From an uncultured Collinsella sp. (GTDB taxonomy: Bacteria; Actinomycetota; Coriobacteriia; Coriobacteriales; Coriobacteriaceae), in assembly GCA_902479195.1 (NCBI GenBank), contig CABSNT010000001.1:1-62524 (forward strand): DNA of 62,524 nucleotides. The letters are read 5' to 3'. Both the position numbers and the translations under genes were made by a program. Below are positions 31,698 to 41,820 of this stretch, piece by piece (the stretch's first letter is position 1; each line of letters begins with the position of its first letter). Below the pieces are notes generated by a model, which was not told the origin of the DNA, ran no database searches, and saw only the letters and a program-made list of their open reading frames with translations.

Positions 31698-31802
31698 TCC
31701 CGGGACACCTCCCTGTGCTACGGTTTGAGCAGAGCAAATGCGGTTCGACCGCTACTCCTCTGATGATTATTTATTATCACAGTATTATACGGCGGTGAAC
31801 AG

Positions 31803-32537
31803 ATGGAAACGGTTAGCGGCAATCTTGCCTCGGCGCTCAGGATCGAGCCGGGCATTACCGCGATTATCGGCAGCGGCGGCAAGTCGACCTTGCTAAAGAC
31901 GCTGGGTCTTGAGCTTATGCGCGCTGGCGGCCGCGCGCTCCTCTGCACCACCACGCATATGTTCCCCGTCGCCGGCGTGCCGTGGGACGGGTCGAGCCGT
32001 CGCCTGGACGCCGCGCCTTGGAAGCCGGGCGCCTCGCATGTCCCCGGTTGCACCTGCGAGGCATGCGCGGGCATGAGCCGCGGAAGTATCTGCCAGGCGG
32101 GTGTTTTGGACCCGGAGACGGGCAAACTCTCCTCCCCTGCCGAGCCGCTCGACCAGCTGGCGCAACGCTTTGACTACGTCCTGGCCGAGGCGGACGGCAG
32201 CAAGCGGCTCCCGCTCAAGGCCCACGCCGCCTGGGAGCCGGTGATTCCCTCTGGCACGGCCAACATCGTCTGGATCGTCGGCGCCTCAGGGCTCGGCAAG
32301 CCCATCAACGAAGCCGTCCACCGCCCCGAGCTCTTTTGCGAGCGTTGCGGCTGCGAGCCCACCGACATCGCCACACCCGAGCGCGTCGCCCAGGTGCTCA
32401 ATGCCGAGATGCAGGCGCTGGGACTCAGCACCGCACGCATCATGCTCAACCAAGTCGGCACGCTCAGCGACCCCACGATGGCCGACCGCTTCGAGGCAGC
32501 TCTCGACCGCCCCGTCGTCGCCAGCAGCCTCAAGTAG
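31803..32537 (+). CDS. yqeC: Selenium cofactor biosynthesis protein YqeC
   Basis: GSGGKST, TTTHM and EADGSKRLPLKA..WEPVIP motifs. Confidence 0.92.
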   Translation: METVSGNLASALRIEPGITAIIGSGGKSTLLKTLGLELMRAGGRALLCTTTHMFPVAGVPWDGSSRRLDAAPWKPGASHVPGCTCEACAGMSRGSICQAGVLDPETGKLSSPAEPLDQLAQRFDYVLAEADGSKRLPLKAHAAWEPVIPSGTANIVWIVGASGLGKPINEAVHRPELFCERCGCEPTDIATPERVAQVLNAEMQALGLSTARIMLNQVGTLSDPTMADRFEAALDRPVVASSLK

Positions 32538-32547
32538 CCGGCCCCAT

Positions 32548-32626
32548 CTCCTCAGTTGCGGTGAAATACGGACTGTTTGGCCGCCCGACGGCCGCAAACA
32601 GTCCGTATTTCACCGCAACTGAGGAG
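32548..32626. repeat. Palindromic REP/MITE-like element, copy 2 (perfect 32-bp arms)
   Basis: CTCCTCAGTTGCGGTGAAATACGGACTGTTTG, 15-nt loop, exact reverse complement. Confidence 0.9.
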
Positions 32627-32646
32627 GGGACACGGCATCTTTGCTG

Positions 32647-34014
32647 CTAGCGGGGCACGTAGCGACCGGGCTGGGCTCCGGTGGGCTCGCCATCGCGCGC
32701 CACCAGCACGCCGTTCACAAACACGGCCTTGGCGCGGCCATGTGCCTCAAAGCCCTCGAGCGGCGTGTAGTCCACGGCCTGATGCTGCGTCGCGGCGCTG
32801 ATCGTCCAACGCGCGCAAGGATCCCACACGCACACGTCGGCATCGGCACCCTCGGCAAGACAGCCCTTGCGCGGATACATGCCAAAGACGCGCGCCGGGT
32901 TCTCGCTCATCAGGCGGCAGAGGTCCTCGGGGCCCAGCTGTCCCTCAAAGCTCGTAGCGATCGCGACGGGACGATGCTCCACACCGGGTCCGCCGTTGGG
33001 AATCGCGCGGAAGTCGTCGCGCCCGCGGTCCTTTTGCCCGTGCAGGTTAAAGCTGCAGTGGTCGGTCGCGATCGTATCGATCTCGCCGGCCACAAGCGCC
33101 TCGCGCAGTGCCGCACGGTCGCCCGCATGGCGCAGCGGCGGGCTCATCACATATTTGGCGCCCGCAAAGCCGTCCTCGCCCTGCTCCAAATAGCACGTAT
33201 CGTCGAGCATCAGATACTGAGGGCAGGTCTCGACATAGATATTCTTCTGCCCGCGCGCCTTGGCGGCACGAATGGCCTCGAGCCCCAGCTTGGTCGAAAG
33301 GTGCACCACGTTGACCGGAGCGTCCCCGGCCAAGTGCGCCAGATACAGCAGGCGGCTCACGGCCTCACCCTCGCACACGTCCGGACGGCTGAGCGCATGC
33401 CCCTCGGGCCCGTGGATGCCCCGCTCAAACACGCGCTTCTGCAGCTCATTCACCAGCGTACCGTTCTCGCAATGCACGCACAGGATACCGCCCACGCGCT
33501 TGAGCTCCTCCAGCACCTCGAGTGTCTCGGCATCGTCCAAGCGCAGGTGGTCATAGGCAAAGTAGGTCTTAAACGACGATACGCCCGCCTCGCGCATAGC
33601 CGAAAGATCGGCGCGATTGCGCTCATTCCACTCGGCGAGTGCCATATGAAAGGCGTAGTTTGCCGTGCAGGTGCCGTCGGCGCGATGATGCCACTCGGCC
33701 AAGGCATCGGGCATGGTCACGCCGCGATCGGCCGTCGCGTAGTCCACGATGGTCGTCGTACCGCCGCAGGCAGCCGCGCGCGTGCCGGTCTCAAAGCTAT
33801 CCGCTGTCCAATCCATGCCGGTCCAGCACTGCATGTGCGTGTGGCCGTCGATAAAGCCGGGAAACACCCAGCAGCCCGTGGCATCCTCGACGGTATCGCC
33901 CTCGGCCGGCTCAATCGCCGCGGCGATCCGCGCGATCTTATCGCCATCCATGGCAAGATCGGCACGGCGAAGCCCCTGTGGCGTCACGAGCGCGCCGTTT
34001 TTGATGATGATCAT
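32647..34014 (-). CDS. hydA: Dihydropyrimidinase/hydantoinase (HyuA-like)
   Basis: PGFIDGHTH, VHCENG, VETCPQYL, SPPLR and TDHC motifs. Confidence 0.92.
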   Translation of the reverse strand: MIIIKNGALVTPQGLRRADLAMDGDKIARIAAAIEPAEGDTVEDATGCWVFPGFIDGHTHMQCWTGMDWTADSFETGTRAAACGGTTTIVDYATADRGVTMPDALAEWHHRADGTCTANYAFHMALAEWNERNRADLSAMREAGVSSFKTYFAYDHLRLDDAETLEVLEELKRVGGILCVHCENGTLVNELQKRVFERGIHGPEGHALSRPDVCEGEAVSRLLYLAHLAGDAPVNVVHLSTKLGLEAIRAAKARGQKNIYVETCPQYLMLDDTCYLEQGEDGFAGAKYVMSPPLRHAGDRAALREALVAGEIDTIATDHCSFNLHGQKDRGRDDFRAIPNGGPGVEHRPVAIATSFEGQLGPEDLCRLMSENPARVFGMYPRKGCLAEGADADVCVWDPCARWTISAATQHQAVDYTPLEGFEAHGRAKAVFVNGVLVARDGEPTGAQPGRYVPR

Positions 34015-34022
34015 GTTGCTCC

Positions 34023-34637
34023 TTATCGATTCATACAGTTGGCCACGCGATCAAAATACGAGCAGGCCGCGATATGCTCCGCTATGCGTCGCTGTCCCTT
34101 GACGGTATCGACGTCCCACAGCTCGTAGGCACGCGCTTCGACCAGCGTAACGTCGACGCGACCTTTGAGAATCGAGCCCCCGCCGTCCTTGCCCTCAAGA
34201 CACATAAGTGCATCGAACAGTTCCGCCGGAAAGAGCACCGGACTCGAAGGCTCACCGTTGCACGCAAGACGCACCGGATGTTTGCGGCCACGCTCGTCAA
34301 ATGCACGAACCATAGCCTCAAAAGAATCCGAACTCACGAGCGGCTGGTCGCCCGGCAAAAAGAGGCAACCTTTCCAGTTGCGTTCGACTCCCCACGAAAG
34401 GCCCGCACGGACGCTTTCGCTGCGCAGTTTGCCATCGTGCAGCACGCACGGGCAATGCTTGTCCTCGCAAATCTGAGCGACCTCGGGCCAACGCGTCGAA
34501 ACCACGACGTCAAAGCCCCGGGGAACCGAATCGATGGTCCGGGCAATCAGCGGCTCGCCATAGATATCGGCAAGCATCTTGTTAGAGCCAAACCGCTTGC
34601 CCTCGCCCGAAGCCATAATGACGCATCCAAGTTTCAT
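34023..34637 (-). CDS. mocA: Mo-cofactor cytidylyltransferase-like (MocA/YgfJ)
   Basis: MASGEGKRFGSNK, GDQP and DVDT motifs; GGAGG RBS. Confidence 0.8.
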   Translation of the reverse strand: MKLGCVIMASGEGKRFGSNKMLADIYGEPLIARTIDSVPRGFDVVVSTRWPEVAQICEDKHCPCVLHDGKLRSESVRAGLSWGVERNWKGCLFLPGDQPLVSSDSFEAMVRAFDERGRKHPVRLACNGEPSSPVLFPAELFDALMCLEGKDGGGSILKGRVDVTLVEARAYELWDVDTVKGQRRIAEHIAACSYFDRVANCMNR

Positions 34638-34724
34638 GGTGATACCTCCCCTGAAACCATCGTACCCATAACTCGCGCCGCGGGTATCCACATCGAAAGC
34701 GCTTATCCCGCACGCCCGCGATGC

Positions 34725-34760
34725 AAAATAGGGGCACCCCGCCAGTTGGCAGAGCGCCCC
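34725..34760 (-). terminator. Intrinsic terminator after ygeW
   Basis: GGGGCGCTCTGCCA-AC-TGGCGGGGTGCCCC-TATTTT on the minus strand. Confidence 0.65.
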
Positions 34761-34787
34761 CTTTACATGGCTTACCTCAGCCCGGCT

Positions 34788-35990
34788 TTAGGCCTGGAGC
34801 CAACGGGCGGTGTTGCGCTCGTCGAGGGCCTTGAGGGTAGCGGCGGGATCGGCAACCTTCTGCAGGAACATCATGGCAGCGATGGCGTACGGCTTGTAGC
34901 TGGCCTCCTTGTACATGCCCACGCGGTGCATGTCGAAGACGTCGGCGTTAACCTCGCCGTGCTCGCAGGAGACACCGGAGATGTCGGCGGGCAGCGGGTG
35001 CATAAAGATGGTGTCCTGGCCGTTGGCAGTCTTCTCCATGAGCTCGGTCGTGGAGCACCAGTCCTGATGGGTGGCGTTCTGGGCGAGCAGCTCCTTCTCG
35101 AGCGCTGCGATGCCGGCGTCGTCGCCCTCGGCGTACAGGTTGGTACGCTTCTCCATGGCGGCAAACGGAGCCCAGCTCTTGGGGATCACGATGTCGGCGC
35201 CCTCGAAGGCCTCGGCCATGGTGTTGACCTGCTTAAAGGTGGTGCCGGACTCGGCGGCATAGCCCTTGGCGCGCTCGACGACCTCGGGCATGAGGTCGTA
35301 GCCCTCGGGGTGAGCCAGGGTGACGTCCATGCCAAAGCGGGGCAGCAGGCTGATCAGCGACTGCGGGCAGGACAGCGGCTTGCCGTAAGAGGGCGAATAG
35401 GCCCAGGTGACGGCAACCTTCTTGCCCTTGAGGTTCTCGAGGCCGCCAAACTCGTTGATGAGGTAGAGCATGTCGGCAGAGGACTGCGTGGGGTGGTCGG
35501 AATCGGACTGCAGGGAGATGAGCGTGGGACGGTGATCCAGAACGCCGTCCTCGTAAGCCTGCTGGACAGACTCGGAGACCTCGGCCATGTAGGCGTCGCC
35601 CTTGCCGATGTACATGTCATCGCGGATGCCGATGACGTCGGCCATGAAGGAGATCATGGTAGCGGTCTCGCGGACGGTCTCGCCGTGAGCGATCTGGGAC
35701 TTCTTCTCGTCCAGGTCTTGCAGCTCAAGGCCGAGCAGGTTGGCGGCCTTAGAGAAGGAGAAGCGCGTACGGGTGGAGTTGTCGCGGAACAGGGAGACGG
35801 CCAGACCCGAGTCGAAGATCTTGGACGAGACGTTGTTCTCGCGCAGCTCGCGCAGGGCGTCGGCGACGATGTAGAGAGCCTTGAGCTCATCGGTAGTCTT
35901 GTCCCAGGTGTGCAGGAAGTCGCTGCCGTACATACCCTTAAAATCGAGGCCGTTCAGCTGCTCGACGAGCTCGGTAAACTTAGCGTCCAT
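34788..35990 (-). CDS. ygeW: Knotted carbamoyltransferase YgeW
   Basis: FRDNSTRT, DHPTQ, WAYSPSYGKPLS and MHPLPAD motifs. Confidence 0.95.
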   Translation of the reverse strand: MDAKFTELVEQLNGLDFKGMYGSDFLHTWDKTTDELKALYIVADALRELRENNVSSKIFDSGLAVSLFRDNSTRTRFSFSKAANLLGLELQDLDEKKSQIAHGETVRETATMISFMADVIGIRDDMYIGKGDAYMAEVSESVQQAYEDGVLDHRPTLISLQSDSDHPTQSSADMLYLINEFGGLENLKGKKVAVTWAYSPSYGKPLSCPQSLISLLPRFGMDVTLAHPEGYDLMPEVVERAKGYAAESGTTFKQVNTMAEAFEGADIVIPKSWAPFAAMEKRTNLYAEGDDAGIAALEKELLAQNATHQDWCSTTELMEKTANGQDTIFMHPLPADISGVSCEHGEVNADVFDMHRVGMYKEASYKPYAIAAMMFLQKVADPAATLKALDERNTARWLQA

Positions 35991-36191
35991 GGAAATGTCC
36001 TTTCTAAAGATGAAACGATCGCAGTGAGTAGATGTGCTCCGGCATGCGCGTGTGGCTAGAACATGCAGAGCACCATGACGAGGACCCGCCACCGTTGAGG
36101 AAGCATGGGAGATAACGACCGCGGGCCCCAAGTCAACAGGGGGTGCCGGGGACACGAGCGGCCCCCGGCTCAACAAAATCGAGGAATGGGA

Positions 36192-37577
36192 CTAATCGAT
36201 CTTGTTGTTGGTCAGACCGGCGCGGAACACGGTGGCGTCGCCATCGGCCTGGCTCGGATCGTAGAGGTTCAGGGCAGCCACGTACATGGCAGCAGCGGTG
36301 ACCAGGTCGTCCTTGTAGGTGACCTCGTTGGGAGCATGAGCCTGAGACTCGGCACCCGGGCCAAAGCCCACGCAGGGGATGCCGTAGCGGCCCTGGATGG
36401 AAACGCAGTTCGTGGAGAAGGTCCACTTGTCGCACAGCGGGCGACCGGTGCGCTTGTCCATGCTGGGCTCGCAGCCGATGCGCTCGTCACCGAACATGGC
36501 CTTGTGGGCGTCGACGAGAGCCTTGACGTGCGGAGCGGTCTCCTTGTTGATCCACGTGGGGAAGTAAGCCTCGGTCTCGTAGACCTCTCCGGTCCAGGAC
36601 GGACGGTCGTACATGTACATGGAGACCTTCACGTCGTCGCCGTACTTCTTGGCGGCCGGCAGGTTACGGATCTCGTCCAGGCAGGACTCCCAGGTCTCGC
36701 CGGCGGTCATACGACGGTCGATGGAGATGGCGCAGGAGTCAGCGACAGCGCAACGGCTGGGGCTGGTGTAGAAGATCTGGCTGACGGTGCAGGTGCCGCG
36801 GCCCAGGAAGCGGGCATCCTCGAAGTGCTCGGGATTGTACTTGGGGTCGAGCATCTTGACGAGGCCCTTGATGTCGGTCGACTCGTCGCAGCCGTTGTTG
36901 TTGAGGGCGCGGACGTCGGCGATGATGTCGGCCATCTTGTAGATGGCGTTGTCGCCGCGGTCGGGAGCGGAGCCGTGGCAGGAGGTACCGTGAACGTCGA
37001 CGCGGATCTCCATGCGACCGCGGTGACCGCGATAGATGCCGCCGTCGGTGGGCTCGGTGGAAATGACGAACTCGGGCTTAATGCCGTCCTTGTTGTAGAT
37101 GTACTGCCAGCACATGCCGTCGCAGTCCTCTTCCTGGACGGTGCCGACGACCATGATCTTGTAGCCCTCGGGGATGAGGCCCATGTCCTTCATCATCTTG
37201 GCAGCGTAGGTAGCAGAAGCCATGCCACCCTCCTGGTCGGAGCCGCCGCGGCCGTAGATGATCTCGTCGGTCTCGTAGCCCTCATAGGGATCGGCATCCC
37301 AGTTCTCGATGTTGCCGATGCCGACAGTGTCGATGTGGGAGTCGATGGCGATGATCTTGTCGCCCTCGCCCATAAAGCCCATGACGTTGCCCAGGCCGTC
37401 GACCTTGACCTCGTCATAGCCAAGGCTCTCCATCTCGGCCTTGATGCAAGCGACAACCTCACCCTCCTCGCAGGACTCAGAGGGATGGCTGATCATAGCG
37501 CGCAGGAAGCGAGTCATATCAGCACGATGGGACTCAGCAGCAGCCTTGATAGCGTCGAAATCGAGTTCTTTAGCCAT
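36192..37577 (-). CDS. ygeY: M20 hydrolase YgeY
   Basis: [25 protein letters not shown] and KWTFSTN motifs. Confidence 0.93.
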   Translation of the reverse strand: MAKELDFDAIKAAAESHRADMTRFLRAMISHPSESCEEGEVVACIKAEMESLGYDEVKVDGLGNVMGFMGEGDKIIAIDSHIDTVGIGNIENWDADPYEGYETDEIIYGRGGSDQEGGMASATYAAKMMKDMGLIPEGYKIMVVGTVQEEDCDGMCWQYIYNKDGIKPEFVISTEPTDGGIYRGHRGRMEIRVDVHGTSCHGSAPDRGDNAIYKMADIIADVRALNNNGCDESTDIKGLVKMLDPKYNPEHFEDARFLGRGTCTVSQIFYTSPSRCAVADSCAISIDRRMTAGETWESCLDEIRNLPAAKKYGDDVKVSMYMYDRPSWTGEVYETEAYFPTWINKETAPHVKALVDAHKAMFGDERIGCEPSMDKRTGRPLCDKWTFSTNCVSIQGRYGIPCVGFGPGAESQAHAPNEVTYKDDLVTAAAMYVAALNLYDPSQADGDATVFRAGLTNNKID

Positions 37578-37651
37578 TGTTCATAACCTTTCAAACTAAG
37601 GAATCTACCTGTAAGGTGGCGGAGCGATACCTATTTACTCCGCCCCAACGA

Positions 37652-38866
37652 TTAGCAAGTGGGGTATTCGCCTTCCCAGACGATGCGACGGTACTGATCC
37701 GGATCGGTGTCACCTTCCGTGGAGAAGCAGAGCACGGAGCTCGTCTTATCCAGGCCGATGAGCTCTTTGAGCTCGGCGTACTCAGGATCGAGCATGAGGG
37801 TCTCGACCAGGCCAGTGGTCACCGCGCCGGACTCGCCGGAGATGACGCGCGGGTCGCCCTTCTCGGGGGCGCCCAGGGTGCGCATGCCGCGAGCGGTGAC
37901 CCAGTCGGGGCAGGACACGAAGGCGGTGGCATGGTTGCGCAGGATATCCCAGGCCAGGATGTTGGGCTCGCCGCAGCACAGACCGGCCATGATGGAGGGC
38001 ATGTCACCGTCCACGATACGCGGATCGCCGTCGCCGGCGGCAGCGCCCTTGTACAGGCAGGCGGCCGGAGCGCACTCGACCACGACGAAGGTGGGCGGGT
38101 TATCGGGATACAGGTTGGTGAAGTAGCCCACCACGGCGCCGGCGAGCGAACCCACGCCAGCCTGGACAAACACGTGCGTCGGGCGGTTGATGGCCATCTC
38201 GCGCAGCTGCTCGGCAGCCTCGGAAGCCATGGTGCCGTAGCCCTCCATGATCCAAGACGGGATCTTCTCGTAGCCCTCCCAGGCGGTGTCCTGAACGATG
38301 ACGCCGCGCTCGCAGGCGTCGGCCTCGGCGGCGGCCATGCGCACGCACTCGTCGTAGTTGACCTCTTCGATGGTCACCGTTGCGCCCTCGGCGGCGATGT
38401 TATCGAAGCGGGGCTTGGTGGAACCCTTGGGCATGTGAACGACGGCCTTCTGGCCCAGCTTGTTGGCAGCCCATGCCACGCCGCGGCCATGATTGCCGTC
38501 GGTAGCGGTAAAGAAGGTGGCCTGGCCAAAGTCCTTGGCAAGCTGATCGGAGGTCAGGTAATCGAAGGTGCACTCGGCAACGTCCTTGCCGGTCTCGTCG
38601 GCAATGTAGTTGGCCATGGCAAACGATCCGCCCAGAACCTTAAAGGCGTTGAGGCCAAAGCGATAGCTCTCGTCCTTAACGCACAGGTTGGACAGACCCA
38701 AGCGCGCAGCCTGACCGTCCAGGCGGGCAAGCGGGGTAACGGTATATTGAGGGAACGACTGGTGGAAGGCGCGGGCCTTCTTCACGTGGTCGAGGCTCAT
38801 GATTCCCAAGTGCTTGTCATCGCTCTTGGGCATCGTGTTGCCCGCCCACTGGATCTTATCGGCCAT
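37652..38866 (-). CDS. dpaL: Diaminopropionate ammonia-lyase (YgeX)
   Basis: KDESYRFGLNAFKVLG, TDGNHG and QAGVGS motifs. Confidence 0.96.
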   Translation of the reverse strand: MADKIQWAGNTMPKSDDKHLGIMSLDHVKKARAFHQSFPQYTVTPLARLDGQAARLGLSNLCVKDESYRFGLNAFKVLGGSFAMANYIADETGKDVAECTFDYLTSDQLAKDFGQATFFTATDGNHGRGVAWAANKLGQKAVVHMPKGSTKPRFDNIAAEGATVTIEEVNYDECVRMAAAEADACERGVIVQDTAWEGYEKIPSWIMEGYGTMASEAAEQLREMAINRPTHVFVQAGVGSLAGAVVGYFTNLYPDNPPTFVVVECAPAACLYKGAAAGDGDPRIVDGDMPSIMAGLCCGEPNILAWDILRNHATAFVSCPDWVTARGMRTLGAPEKGDPRVISGESGAVTTGLVETLMLDPEYAELKELIGLDKTSSVLCFSTEGDTDPDQYRRIVWEGEYPTC

Positions 38867-38956
38867 ACGGTGAACTCCTTAAGTCCTCTCTTGCCGGCCC
38901 CCGCATACGCGTTTCAGCCCATTCCCATTCATGCGACTGAACTTTTATGTGGATGC

Positions 38957-39026
38957 CAAACAAAAATTTTGTTAGCACTGTTCTATCACACTTTTTGATT
39001 GGCAAACCTAACAAATTGTTTGTTGC
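38957..39026. promoter_or_regulatory. Two candidate operators CTAACA-N7-TGTTAG
   Basis: CAAACA-AAAATTT-TGTTAG (38957) and CTAACA-AATTGTT-TGTTGC (39008) in the divergent promoter region. Confidence 0.5.
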
Positions 39027-39143
39027 CGTAATCGGTACTTTTTCGCCGCCGAACGGTCATGAATTGCCTTGTTGATGGATTTATTTGCGAACAGATGTGG
39101 TTTATGGCAAAGTGTGCCCAAACTAATTTTTAGGAAGGCACCC

Positions 39144-39797
39144 ATGACCCCCGCACAGATTGAGTTTTACAAGCGCCTCGCACACGGCCTGGCGCTCCAA
39201 TTTGGCCCCAACTGCGAAGTCGTCGTCCACGATCTGGAGACCGAGGACGTGGACCACTCCATCGTAGTGATCGAAAACGGCCACGTCAGCGGGCGCAAAC
39301 TGGGTGACGGCCCCAGCCATATTGTGTTTGAGTCCATGCACGAGGGCAGCACCGACGTACACGACCGCGAGCCGTACCTCACTAAAACCACCGATGGCAA
39401 GCTGCTCAAGTCCTCGACCATCTTTATCCGCAACGACGAAGGCAAGCCCGTCGGCATTTTGGGCATCAACTTTGACATTACGCTTATGAAGGCTTTTGAG
39501 CGTTCGCTCGACGCCTTTACCGGCACCGGCGGCACGGGCTATACCGAGCCCGAGCCCATTACCAAGAACATCGGCGACCTGCTCGAGGACCTGCTGCACG
39601 AGTGCGAGCAGTTTGTGGGCAAGCCCGCGGCACTCATGACCAAAGACGAGCGCATTCGTGCCATTGGCTACCTCGACCGTCGCGGCGCCTTCCTCATTTC
39701 CAAGTCGAGCGAGCGCGCCTGCGAGTTCTTTGGCATCTCCAAATACAGCTTCTATAGCTACCTCAATGAGGCCAAGGCGGCGGCCGGCGACAAGTAG
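39144..39797 (+). CDS. YheO-like PAS + HTH transcriptional regulator
   Basis: CEVVVHDL, NGHVSGRKLG, LKSST and GAFLI...ISKYSFYSYL motifs. Confidence 0.9.
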   Translation: MTPAQIEFYKRLAHGLALQFGPNCEVVVHDLETEDVDHSIVVIENGHVSGRKLGDGPSHIVFESMHEGSTDVHDREPYLTKTTDGKLLKSSTIFIRNDEGKPVGILGINFDITLMKAFERSLDAFTGTGGTGYTEPEPITKNIGDLLEDLLHECEQFVGKPAALMTKDERIRAIGYLDRRGAFLISKSSERACEFFGISKYSFYSYLNEAKAAAGDK

Positions 39798-39920
39798 GCA
39801 CTCGCCTGGATTGCCCCTCCCCTTTTGGGTGCGAGTTCTGGAAAGCACGAATCCAAGACCGGGCCGCTTGGGAAGTTCCATATAATCGATGTCATTAGTA
39901 TTTCGAAAGGATGGAACAGA

Positions 39921-40907
39921 ATGGCGTTGAGCAAGGCATCATGCACCGGTCGCGGATTGATTCCGGCAATTGGTGGACATGTGCACCGCATGTTCGATGA
40001 GGGTGAAGACGACCTGTTTTCGCTAAGCCTTGACGACGTGATGGATGATCGCCCGTGGACCGCCGACGAACTCATGGGCGGCGGGGCTCGCCCGTCAAGC
40101 CCCGATCCCACACTTGCGCCTAAGCCCGCATCTGCGCCGACTCCTGCGCAGTCGCCTGTTTCGACGCCCGCGCCTACGCCCGCACCCACTTCGGCGCCCA
40201 CGCCCGCTCCCCGCCCCGCAAGCGACCCGTCCGAGACGGCGGCATTTCTCGCTGCAGCGACGCAGGGCAAATCGGCCGACAGCACCGTTATGTACAGCGC
40301 CCAGCAGTTGCCTGTTCCTGCGGCACGCAAGCCTCCGGTCGCAAGGCTCGATGAGCCCGTTGCCCATCAGGTTGCCTACGATTCCTGGGCTGCAGCCGAT
40401 CTGGATGAGACCTCTACCGGCATGCCGGCGCTCGACGTTCCAGTTAATCCGCTTTTTGCCGCCAACACGAGCGCCGCGGACTATGAGGGCGGTGCGGCAT
40501 ATTCCGATTATTCCGATGGCTATGCTGGCACCAGTCGCATCGAGACCGAGGATTATGGCACCGCACCGAGCGATTATCTCAACGATCCGTACGCTGCCAC
40601 GCGTGCACCGGAATATGACCCGGAGGCCGCGTCCGCACCGGCGTACACCAAAAGCACGGGCGAAGAACGCTTCGCCGATTATTACGCCGAGGAAAAGGCA
40701 CTGCGTTTCTCGGAATTTCCGCAGGCAGTCAAGATTGCCTTTCTCGCCATTGTCATTGCCCTGTTCGGCGTCATTGCGTTTGAGGGATTCCAGCTGTTCC
40801 GCGGCCCCACCCAAGCGGAGTCGGAGACCCAGCAAAAAGAGGACGATAACCAGTACCTGGACATCAACACCCTCAAGGGCGACCCCAACGACGGAGACGA
40901 TGAGTAG
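39921..40907 (+). CDS. Hypothetical Pro/Asp-rich protein with a single C-terminal TM; start uncertain (39921 or 39990)
   Basis: Long ORF, PAPT repeats, TM segment IAFLAIVIALFGVIAF. Confidence 0.6.
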   Translation: MALSKASCTGRGLIPAIGGHVHRMFDEGEDDLFSLSLDDVMDDRPWTADELMGGGARPSSPDPTLAPKPASAPTPAQSPVSTPAPTPAPTSAPTPAPRPASDPSETAAFLAAATQGKSADSTVMYSAQQLPVPAARKPPVARLDEPVAHQVAYDSWAAADLDETSTGMPALDVPVNPLFAANTSAADYEGGAAYSDYSDGYAGTSRIETEDYGTAPSDYLNDPYAATRAPEYDPEAASAPAYTKSTGEERFADYYAEEKALRFSEFPQAVKIAFLAIVIALFGVIAFEGFQLFRGPTQAESETQQKEDDNQYLDINTLKGDPNDGDDE

Positions 40908-40977
40908 CGGGAGCTGAAGGCGGCCGCAGGATCCCGCATCCAGCGCCGGCTTCTAAGTGCTGTTTTGTCATCCAGCC

Positions 40978-41054
40978 ACACTTTTCCGAAGTTTTAAGGT
41001 GCCTATTTCGACACTTTTCCGTACTTTTACACGGCTGATTTCGACACTTTTCCG
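40978..41054. repeat. Three direct repeats ACACTTTTCCG at 33-bp period
   Basis: Copies at 40978, 41011 and 41044. Confidence 0.8.
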
Positions 41055-41287
41055 GATGAAAGCCGAATAATCACTTGGGAAACCAGCGCCATCCGCGCGT
41101 CATTTCGCGGATGGCGCTTGATTTCTGTCCGTACACGTTGAGTCCGTACACGTTGATAGACTTCCTCTTGCCCGCAAGGAGCGGGCACGTTTTATCCAGA
41201 GTCGGGGTAGAGAGTTGGCTCCACGATCCCGACGCCAACCGGCCAAAAGGCACGGTGGCCCTGCCAACATCGATGAAAGGAGTCCGT

Positions 41288-41710
41288 ATGGACAATTTCT
41301 CTGTGCGCAGCGAGCGCAACTTCCACAACCTGGCAGCCAAGCCAAAACGAATGCATCTTCTGGACAAGCAGAACGGCTACGCCTCGGCCATGGTCAAGAG
41401 CAGCCTCTCCCACCAGATGCGCTTCACGGTGCAAAAGCTCGAGAAAGAGTTCTGCGTTGCCGGCGACCCGCATGTGTTGCAGATCAAACTGTCCGGAGAC
41501 GATTCGCGTGAGCCGTCTAGCTGGGAGCGGTTTGCCGATGGCGCGTGCGTTGCGGGCGGGTCGGGCATCTTTGCCCGCGAGTGCTTCTGCGAGGGCGCCG
41601 AGGTATTCCTGGATCTGTGCCGCGACGCCGTACGCGCGGCCGAGCTGCGGCAGTGGAGCGAAAGGGAGTACGAGCTGTTGAGTGCGGCCCGCGGGATTGC
41701 GATGGTGTAG
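41288..41710 (+). CDS. Hypothetical protein (140 aa)
   Basis: AAAGGAG RBS before the ATG; high GC3. Confidence 0.65.
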   Translation: MDNFSVRSERNFHNLAAKPKRMHLLDKQNGYASAMVKSSLSHQMRFTVQKLEKEFCVAGDPHVLQIKLSGDDSREPSSWERFADGACVAGGSGIFARECFCEGAEVFLDLCRDAVRAAELRQWSEREYELLSAARGIAMV

Positions 41711-41820
41711 GCAGACAGACCAGACAGCTCGTCATACTGGTTGACGCTTCGATTCAAACAGCAGTGCGAAGTCGCGCTTACAGCCCTGCCATGCCAAACC
41801 GAATGGCGTTCTCAAAAGGC

